Shown here: in pieces, positions 30,288 through 37,787 of the stretch
Layout of the letters: every line of letters begins with the position of its first letter
How positions within the stretch are numbered: the stretch's first letter is position 1
Assembly (NCBI GenBank): GCA_965224705.1
Contig: OZ245056.1
Coordinates: 1,504,001 to 1,568,000 of the forward strand
Source: Spirochaetaceae bacterium
GTDB lineage: Bacteria; Spirochaetota; Spirochaetia; DSM-2461
DNA length: 64,000 bases
Reading direction: 5' to 3'
Made by a program: the position numbers and the translations under genes
Notes under the pieces: model-generated
What the model was told of the DNA's origin: nothing
Databases searched by the model: none
The model's input: only the letters and a program-made list of their open reading frames with translations

Positions 30288-30376
30288 GCGTAGCTGGGCT
30301 ACGTGAGTATTTTGGCAACGCAGCAGCAGGGGAAAAGGGCAAAAATCGAGCCGTGAGGCGTAAGTCCGACAGACTC
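30288..30376 (+). mobile_element. Right half of an IS1182-type MITE
   Basis: Matches 48316-48404 and ends AAGTCCGACAGACTC. Confidence 0.8.
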
Positions 30377-30589
30377 CATGACCGCTGTCTACGCTTCGCA
30401 TGACACCTCACGATGACACACTTAAAGACTCGCTTCTGCCTGCATGGCCAGTGCCTTAACAGATGGGATTGATGCCCATCAGGTTGTAAAAGAAGTTTCT
30501 GTAACTAAAATCCTATTCTCCAGACTTCCTCTCCTTACTAGCTTTCATAGCGCACTTTGTGATAATTTCTTGTTCGTGGGGAATGTCTA

Positions 30590-32350
30590 TTATGAATCAT
30601 AAAAAACCGCCAGTTCCCTGCCCTTAAAACCTGCCCCCAGAACAAGCAGGCGCTGCGGATGCCACTTTTCCCTTACTCCGTCCAGGTATTTTTCTACTGC
30701 CTGGGTATGGGCTTCCCGGGCTAAATCTTCCAGGGCTTTGCCGTCCTTCACATTCCCATGCTTGAATTCCAGCAGGACGGCTTCCTCGGCCTGGGCCGGA
30801 TTGCTTCCCTTCTTGATCACCACGATGTCCGGACGGCCTTCACCGTATTCCCGGTTGCTCTCAACGGTATACGCCGGGCTCAGGCAGGCCAGAAGACCCA
30901 GTACCAGGCCGTGGTAGAAGTTCTCCCGTCTGGATTCCTCGTCCTCCCACTCCTCTTTACTCCTGGCCGTATCATGGTAGCTGGCCAAGCCGCGAAGAAT
31001 TCGGGACAGTCCCCGTTCTATGTGCCGGGGACTGGCTTCCTGTATGCCGGTGACGAAGTCCGTGAAGTGTTCGTTTATCTTGATATCTTCCTTAAGCCAG
31101 CGGGAAATAACGGTAATCCAGGCGGTTTCCACTTCCAGGTTGGGAATGGCAAGCCGCCATGTTATGAGCCTGTGTTCCTGCTGTCTTTCGGAGGCTTTCA
31201 GGTAGCCGCTGTGGAGTAGAAAGCTCCATACAACATCGGGGTCGCTTTCTATCTGAGGGTAGGGAATGTTGGTCAGCAGGGGTTTGCGGACTTCCTCCTT
31301 CCGCAGGAGTCTTTCTATGGTCATTTTGGCTTCCCGGCGGTCTAACTGGATGACATCCTTGATCAGCCTGTTGTCGCTGGTGCCTATCCAGTGGGGTTTC
31401 AGTCCGGCTCTGGGGCGGCTAAGAAAACTGACGATGCTCCAGGGGTTGTAGATAACGGTGTCCTCGCCGAAGAGGTAGCCGTTGTACCATTCTCTTATGC
31501 CCTCCATCTCGTCTTCCAGTCCAAAGTAGGCGGCCATGGTTTCCACTTCGGATTCTGTGAACCCGAAAGTGTCTTCAATTTCCGGGTCCAGCAATGTACT
31601 GACCCTGGGATTGTTAAAGTCGCTGAATATACTTTCCTGAGCAACTTTCAATATGCCGATCACCACGGCCTGTTTCAGGTGGGGGTTGTCCTTGAAGGTC
31701 TGCACCATGAAGCTGCGGATAAAGGTGATCATCTGGTCGTAGTACTTATCCACATGGGCCGAATGCAGGGGGGTGTCGTACTCGTCGAGAAGGATGTAGG
31801 GTGGTTTGCCGTAGGCCCGGTGGAGCCAGGCGGAAAGGTATTTGATGGACTGGGCATAGTCGCCGTCCGCAGCATTTCTGTTCTGAATTTCCGTATAGTA
31901 TTGTATTTTTGATTCATCAAAAAACTCACTTTCAAGAAGATAGTTATGTCTCTCAAATTCATCTGCGATGACTGACTTCACTAAATCCATACTTTCTTCT
32001 TTGCTTGCACTCTTCACATTCTTGAAGCTCAAATGAATGACCGGATACTCCCCCATGAACTCGGCACAGCGAGGGTGGGAGGCGATTGCACGATCTTCAA
32101 AAAGGTAGGCGTTGGGAGTTGTAACCGATGAGTGAGAATCCTGCTGTTTGCGAATGGGTAGGGGGGCCTCCAGGAAGTGGCGGATCATGCTCAGGTTCAG
32201 GGTTTTCCCGAAGCGCCGGGGACGGGTGATAAGGTGAACCTCGCTGGGGTGGTCAATAAGGTAGCCGATAAGGTGAGTTTTATCGACGAAGTAGCAGTCT
32301 TCATCAATGAATTTCTTAAAATTGGTGATGCCCTGTTCCAGCTTTTTCAT
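30590..32350 (-). CDS. AAA-ATPase-like + PD-(D/E)XK nuclease, paralog of 7675-9432
   Basis: Same motifs; long identical peptide stretches with the first copy. Confidence 0.9.
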   Translation of the reverse strand: MKKLEQGITNFKKFIDEDCYFVDKTHLIGYLIDHPSEVHLITRPRRFGKTLNLSMIRHFLEAPLPIRKQQDSHSSVTTPNAYLFEDRAIASHPRCAEFMGEYPVIHLSFKNVKSASKEESMDLVKSVIADEFERHNYLLESEFFDESKIQYYTEIQNRNAADGDYAQSIKYLSAWLHRAYGKPPYILLDEYDTPLHSAHVDKYYDQMITFIRSFMVQTFKDNPHLKQAVVIGILKVAQESIFSDFNNPRVSTLLDPEIEDTFGFTESEVETMAAYFGLEDEMEGIREWYNGYLFGEDTVIYNPWSIVSFLSRPRAGLKPHWIGTSDNRLIKDVIQLDRREAKMTIERLLRKEEVRKPLLTNIPYPQIESDPDVVWSFLLHSGYLKASERQQEHRLITWRLAIPNLEVETAWITVISRWLKEDIKINEHFTDFVTGIQEASPRHIERGLSRILRGLASYHDTARSKEEWEDEESRRENFYHGLVLGLLACLSPAYTVESNREYGEGRPDIVVIKKGSNPAQAEEAVLLEFKHGNVKDGKALEDLAREAHTQAVEKYLDGVREKWHPQRLLVLGAGFKGRELAVFYDS

Positions 32351-32630
32351 GGCGCTTTTCAGCATAGCATGATTTGGCCGCTTTATCTACGCTCGGGCCG
32401 CAGTCGCTCAGGCCGCTGGGCCTGGTCGGAAGCTCCGCTTCCTGCTCGGCCATGCATCCGGGGCCTAAACTTTCTTTTTTTTCGACAAAAAGAAAGTTTA
32501 ACAAAGAAAAATACGACTCAAGGGGGTGTTCTCCCTTGAGAATCCCCCTGCGCTCCGTGAAAAGCGGGTTTTTTGCTCTTTTCAGAAGCTTTGGGGTGGC
32601 TGTGAAGTGTGAAGTGTGGAGTCCAGTACA

Positions 32631-34001
32631 CTAGAAGATTCCAGGGAACACCTTATACTTCACCTGATTCCTATACTCCTGCCAGTATTCACCATATTTC
32701 AGAGCACAGCGTTTTTCATCTCTTCCAGCCCTATCCATGAGAAGTATGAAAAGAAAGATCAGGTAGAACCAGGGCAGCAAGTGCCGGAATCCCGCCGGAA
32801 TCGTCCATGCTGCGGCCAGCATAAGTTCAGGAACATAATGGAAATGCCGCGCCATTCCCCACCAGCCGCTGGCTAACAGTGGGTTTGTATGAGTTTCACT
32901 ATCTGAAGTTGTGTATCGGGCATGGATGATGCGTGGAGTCTTCCCCCAAATCTTCACTTCGGCGCCCTTATCCCGTATCCTCTGCCTTTGTCTGTCCGCA
33001 TCAAAGTTTATTCCGATACTGACTATCCCCAGTATAACGACAACCGCGGCCGCAAGCGGATTGAGGTAACCTCCATGGTCAACGAGATAAAATGCGGCCA
33101 AACAGTATAGGGAGGGAACCCAGACGAGAACCCCCCAGCAGATATAGTAGCCGAATCGATCATGCATGATGTCGGTGGAGTACAAATAGCCGCGTTCCCA
33201 CACGAAAAACTTGAACAGATACACGACCAATATCGCTACCGAAGCTATCATGGAAGGAGTGACAGCTCCATGGATGTCCCATTGGGAGACGAGGAAACTC
33301 AACGCAATAACCGACCAGCCCATCATGGAAACTCGGCAGTTGATCAATTGCTTCAGGGAAGTTCCGGCCATCATAGGATAGAGTTCAATCCCCTGAAAAA
33401 AATCGAAGAGCAAGCTGCCGCTGTATACGGCGTCGGTGCTGCTGGGGATGCACCTTCCCTTTATGTACAGCAAAATACAAACGCACAGTGCTCCCAGGTT
33501 GAGTGTGATGAGAAGAGAGCCGTACAGGGGGTATAATTTGGCCGGATTCAGTATCCCCAGAGGATAGAAAATGCCGAACAGGAGTCCATGGGTCACCACC
33601 CATGAGAATGGCCCATTATACTTATAGGTCGGTCTCTTTCCGGTGGGAGTGATGGGGCCTTCACCTGTTCTTCCGGGAAGATACCGAAGCAAACCCCACT
33701 GTGCCAGCATCCAGGCCAATATGATAATCACCGCCTTCAAGCTGGGTTTGGGGAATCGCGATAACCATTCTCCCGGTCCGGCGCGGAAGAAGGCGAGAAT
33801 TGAGCCGTCGAAATATGCGGCGGTCATCCACATCATGATTGATAGAAAAGGAGTGCTCAGCATGAGCAATAAAGGTCCCAGCCACCTTCGAAACGGATGA
33901 ATCTCCAGGGTACTTTTTACAGGCCGCGGAGGTAGGGCCGCCCCTTTGGGCAAACCGGAAAGAATAGATTGCCAAGCGGAGGATACATGGGGTTGATTCA
34001 T
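32631..34001 (-). CDS. ERG4/ERG24-family sterol reductase, 7-dehydrocholesterol-reductase-like
   Basis: DFFQGIELYP, DIMHDRFGYYICWG, LLASGWWGMARHFHYVPE, RDEKRCALKYG..W..Y; multiple TM helices. Confidence 0.9.
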   Translation of the reverse strand: MNQPHVSSAWQSILSGLPKGAALPPRPVKSTLEIHPFRRWLGPLLLMLSTPFLSIMMWMTAAYFDGSILAFFRAGPGEWLSRFPKPSLKAVIIILAWMLAQWGLLRYLPGRTGEGPITPTGKRPTYKYNGPFSWVVTHGLLFGIFYPLGILNPAKLYPLYGSLLITLNLGALCVCILLYIKGRCIPSSTDAVYSGSLLFDFFQGIELYPMMAGTSLKQLINCRVSMMGWSVIALSFLVSQWDIHGAVTPSMIASVAILVVYLFKFFVWERGYLYSTDIMHDRFGYYICWGVLVWVPSLYCLAAFYLVDHGGYLNPLAAAVVVILGIVSIGINFDADRQRQRIRDKGAEVKIWGKTPRIIHARYTTSDSETHTNPLLASGWWGMARHFHYVPELMLAAAWTIPAGFRHLLPWFYLIFLFILLMDRAGRDEKRCALKYGEYWQEYRNQVKYKVFPGIF

Positions 34002-34262
34002 AACAGACTCCTTTTTTGATAGTTTTCAGTATAGAGAGTGCCGCGAAGCTTGTAGAATCCAGATTATCCGATGCTGTAGTGACCTTGAAAGCAACCTGGA
34101 GGTTGCCACTTTTGCGATTGCAGCAAGCTTCGCGACACTCGATTCAGTATACACCTTTCTCAACAAGCTTGTATCTAAAGGAATTGACGAACCATACCCA
34201 GGATGAGAGTTTTACTGGGAGAATGCTAGTATACTATAAACCTTAATATCACCCATGTTACC

Positions 34263-34476
34263 CAGGGCAATCGCATCTAAAATCCACTTATGAAAGCCTT
34301 ATTCATGATTCTTAACCGCAGAGGACGCAGAGAGCGCAGAGTGTTCAAGGTAATTATTCACATCACAACGATAACAAAAAGTTGACAAATTCCTCCTATT
34401 GAAGGAAACTCCATTCGTTCCCCCAAGAATTAGTGTTTTTCATTTTTTTGGGATAGAATTAGATGCGATTGCCCTG
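34263..34476 (+). mobile_element. ISAs1-type MITE (214 bp) with perfect 10-bp TSD
   Basis: CAGGGCAATCGCATCTAA IRs; CCATGTTACC at 34253-34262 and 34477-34486. Confidence 0.9.
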
Positions 34477-34655
34477 CCATGTTACCTTTGTTAGCTTTGT
34501 TTTGAGAGATTGAGTTTAACAGAGTTCGGTGCTTTTTGTTTTCTTTGTCTCGGGGCTTTAGATCACCCACACAACAGGGAGCCTAAGGTTTTATTCCCGT
34601 GTGCTTACATCTGATGAAGTAGGATTACTGTATAAGAAATAACGGATGAAATCTG

Positions 34656-34730
34656 TTCGTGTTTTTCGTGTGGTTCGTGGTTCCTATTGAGATGAGGTTT
34701 TTTTACCACGAAAGGCACGAAAGACACGAA
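34656..34730. repeat. Inverted pair of triple TTCGTG/CACGAA motifs with ~9-bp period
   Basis: TTCGTG x3 (34656-34680) facing CACGAA x3 (34706-34730). Confidence 0.7.
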
Positions 34731-34745
34731 AATTTGGTGGATAGA

Positions 34746-34946
34746 AGCTGGCTGAATACAGCGGAAATAGAATTAAGTGCCTATAAGCGGCAATGTCTCA
34801 ATCGCCGGATACCAACCATTGAACAACTGGTTCAGGAAACAGAAATGTTAAATTGGGATAGAAATAACTCTGCAAATAAAGTCGATTGGCCGTTTACCGC
34901 CAAGGATGCTCGGATAAAGCTGAAAAGACTTTATCTGCAGGTTTAG
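34746..34946 (+). pseudogene. IS630-family transposase C-terminal fragment
   Basis: SWLNTAEIELS..RQCLNRRI..VDWPFT..DARIKLKRLY. Confidence 0.8.
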
Positions 34947-34963
34947 GGATTATAAGGTACTAG

Positions 34964-35169
34964 GAGTCTATCGGGCTTACGCCTCACGGCTTGATTTCTG
35001 CCCTTCTCTCCAGAGCCGACTTCGTTCGTTTCCGCCGCCATCCGCGGCAGCTTTTCCTCGCATCGCTCGGCACTCTCTTCGTTTTTGCCTGCCTGTCGGC
35101 AGACAGGTCGCCCTGCATCAGGAAAAAATCATCAAAAACCGCCTTGAAGTCTCAAAGTCCGACAGACTC
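34964..35169 (-). mobile_element. IS1182-type MITE
   Basis: GAGTCTATCGGGCTT / AAGTCCGACAGACTC ends, flanked by CTAG and CTGG. Confidence 0.8.
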
Positions 35170-35225
35170 CTGGTGCGGCGGATAAGCACTCCGTACTTAT
35201 CTCAAAAGGTAAAAAGGTAAAAAAT

Positions 35226-35360
35226 TTACGTCCTCCGAACGGGGCGAAAGTCGAGGTTGTTGTTGCTATTGCCAGGCGAATTGTTGTTACGATTGGCAGA
35301 CCGCAAGTTCCTGCCGTTGTTGTTCCAGCTGCCGCCGCGATTCACGCGGTTCAACCCGCT
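35226..35360 (-). repeat. DGR template-repeat (TR)-like sequence
   Basis: 135 nt colinear with 35743-35877; 14 AAY codons (NRVNRGGSWNNNGRNLRSANRNNNSPGNSNNN). Confidence 0.85.
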
Positions 35361-35699
35361 TACGAACCGTTTCCTTTTCTTGTTAGTAAAATATGAAATC
35401 AGAAATTCCGTGTCAGAGGATTGACACGATGAAGATGTTATAGATAATGCTCCTGGTTCTTGGCTCTCATAGCCGCATATTATCATTTAACCATGATAAT
35501 GGCCACACCAAATACCCCAAAATCCAAAAAAAATTTCGGTCCGCCTGCGGCGGACAGACCTGCTGGCACCGGGCCTTCGGCCTGGCACCGGCAGGTAAGG
35601 TGCACGGGCGTAAAGCCCGTGCGTTTTTATTAAAGCCGCCTGACGGCGGCTTTAAAGGTGAGCCTTCGGCTCCTCTTCCTCCATGCCGCTAGCGCGGCG

Positions 35700-35720
35700 G
35701 ATAAGCACTTCGTGCTTATC
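35700..35720 (-). other. DGR target-type hairpin GATAAGCAC-GAA-GTGCTTATC; second copy at 35181-35201
   Basis: Perfect 9-bp stem with GAA triloop 22 nt after the target stop codon. Confidence 0.75.
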
Positions 35721-35742
35721 TCAAAAGGTAAAAAAACAAAAT

Positions 35743-35877
35743 TTACGTCCTCCGAACGGGGCGGAAACCTTGGTTGACGATGCTAAGGCTAGGCGAATTG
35801 TGGCCCCGATCCGCCGACCGGAGGTAACGGGCATCGAAGTACCAACTACCGCCACGGCCCACACGGCGCGACCCGCT
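35743..35877 (-). repeat. DGR variable-repeat (VR)-like 3' end of target gene
   Basis: 12 of the 14 TR AAY codons are replaced here. Confidence 0.85.
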
Positions 35878-37572
35878 AGACGGCCCACTTGGGTCTCTCT
35901 GACTCCCGCGTGAATAATCCCCATACCAATCCCAGCACCATTCCCAGACATTCCCATGCATATCATACAAACCATTCGCATTCGGAGAAAAACTTCCCAC
36001 CGGCATTGTTTGCTCTCGATATACCCCCTTAGACGCTCCTCCATAGGGATAGTTTCCATTAAAATTTGCCTGGCGGCTGTTTAGGCTATTCCCATAGTGA
36101 AACGCCGTCGTTGTTCCTCCCCGTGCCGCATACTCCCATTCAGCCTCCGTCGGCAAGCGGTACCCATCCGCACTCCAGTTCGCCGTTACACGGCTGCCGT
36201 TTATCCGGTACACCGGTGTTCGGCCTTCCTTCTTGCTTAACCAATTGCAGTACTCCACCGCGTCAAACCAGCTAACGCAGGTTACAGGGCTGCTGTCAGT
36301 CTGTGAAAACCCTGGATTCCGCCAATTCGCATTTGGGTCTTTATTCCAATTGCTTCCATTCCAAACATAAGCCCCGCCGTCCCGTTCTGCCTGGGACTCA
36401 TAACCCTCAGCCCGCACAAAGGCTCGAAATTCTCCGACGGTCACCTCGGTCGCCTTCATATAAAACGATCCCACCGTTACGCTGTGCACCGGCCCTTCAC
36501 CGTCATCTCGGCCATCCTCACTGGAAGGGCTCCCCATCCGAAACGTCCCCCCCTCCACTAGAACATAACCATCAGGCACATCAGGCCGCTCCACCCAGCT
36601 AAAGGCCACCGCCAGGGAGCGGTTTTCCTGTACCGTGATGGTTTTGCTTTCGCTTTGGCCCCCGTAGCGCATCTCCAGGTTATGCCGACCGGCGGGAATG
36701 TCGGTGAGCTTGGCCCTGGAACCGGTTGGAATACGGCCCATGGATTTTCCATTCAGGTACAGGGTGCCCGGTGTTTGAACCGATACCTCCAGGCTGCCGT
36801 AGCTCTGCTCCAGGCTGAACGATGGGGCATTGGGGCGGGCAGGCGCGGAACCCGAGGCTCCGGCCAGGTAGATGTCGGTTAAAAGCTGGCTGTATTCGCC
36901 AGGGCTCTGCCTGCCCCCGGAAGAGGCGAGCACGTCTGCACGGGTGCGCTGAAGCACCTGGTTCAGGCTCCAGCCCGACCGGGTAAGGTACTTGAGAAGG
37001 GTGGGTGTGAACAGCCCGTCCCTGGCCGATTCTCCCGCATCGGCGGCGTACACAACCAGGCTGTTACGGGGGGGCTTTATACGGGCAAGGCCCCGCTCCC
37101 CGCCCCGGCCAAAGGGGTTGTTCCGGCAGGCATCCAGTATGATCACGCTGGTGTCCGGACCCGATGATTCAATGGCCGATGTTACCTCCGACACGCTGAT
37201 TCCCCGGGAACGGGCCCGCCGTTCATCGGGAATAGCCGTTTCCGTGGGCAGCAGGTAGTTTTCTCCATCCACCTGCACTCCGTGGCCCCCGTAGTGGAAC
37301 AGGGCAATGCCGCCTCGCTGCTTTACCTTGTTTTCAAACATCTCCAACAGGGCGTAAAAACGGTCCTGGCTCTGCACGTTGTAGGCCCGGATCACCTCGA
37401 AACCGATGCTTTCCAGGGCGTCGGCCATCTTCCTGGCCTCGGGCACCGGGTTGGCCAGTGCGGAAAAGTCATTCTCGTACTGGCCGTTGCCGACGACCAA
37501 TGCGGTTTTGTTCTGGGCCGAAAGGATGGCCGCTGTGAACATCAGGGTGACTACGAGGATGGTTTTTTTCAT
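35743..37572 (-). CDS. Secreted caspase-like (C14)-PEGA-FGE/SUMF1 (C-type lectin fold) protein; DGR-type target
   Basis: Signal peptide; HYGGHG, ILDACR; GGTFRMGS, YRLPTEAEWEYAARGG, GLYDMHGNVWEWC, RGGSW, GFRPV. Confidence 0.9.
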   Translation of the reverse strand: MKKTILVVTLMFTAAILSAQNKTALVVGNGQYENDFSALANPVPEARKMADALESIGFEVIRAYNVQSQDRFYALLEMFENKVKQRGGIALFHYGGHGVQVDGENYLLPTETAIPDERRARSRGISVSEVTSAIESSGPDTSVIILDACRNNPFGRGGERGLARIKPPRNSLVVYAADAGESARDGLFTPTLLKYLTRSGWSLNQVLQRTRADVLASSGGRQSPGEYSQLLTDIYLAGASGSAPARPNAPSFSLEQSYGSLEVSVQTPGTLYLNGKSMGRIPTGSRAKLTDIPAGRHNLEMRYGGQSESKTITVQENRSLAVAFSWVERPDVPDGYVLVEGGTFRMGSPSSEDGRDDGEGPVHSVTVGSFYMKATEVTVGEFRAFVRAEGYESQAERDGGAYVWNGSNWNKDPNANWRNPGFSQTDSSPVTCVSWFDAVEYCNWLSKKEGRTPVYRINGSRVTANWSADGYRLPTEAEWEYAARGGTTTAFHYGNSLNSRQANFNGNYPYGGASKGVYREQTMPVGSFSPNANGLYDMHGNVWEWCWDWYGDYSRGSQRDPSGPSSGSRRVGRGGSWYFDARYLRSADRGHNSPSLSIVNQGFRPVRRT

Positions 37573-37642
37573 TGGGTCTCCTTTTCAATATATGAAAACC
37601 TCTGACGATGATAAATCAGGTTCTGTGATTGGGCAAGACATC

Positions 37643-37730
37643 GGAAAAAAATCATAAAAATCGCCTCGAAGTCTTAAAGTCCGACAGACTCCTGGAAATC
37701 GCCTTGAAGTCTCAAAGTCTGACAGACTTC
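37643..37730. mobile_element. Two tandem IS1182-MITE end fragments
   Basis: AAATCGCCT(C/T)GAAGTCT(T/C)AAAGTC(C/T)GACAGACT twice, first ending at 37691 before CTGG. Confidence 0.75.
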
Positions 37731-37787
37731 TGTTGGATTTTTCCGGGAATCAGAGGAGATTGTTTCGGCGCACTGGAAGAGTGCTAA

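Noticed and set aside
26675..34946. Two IS630 fragments as halves of one interrupted element
   Set aside because: They are on opposite strands and the junctions do not rejoin
35226..35486. 86-aa ORF running through the TR
   Set aside because: Open frame is expected from TR/VR homology; the N-terminal part looks non-coding and does not resemble Avd
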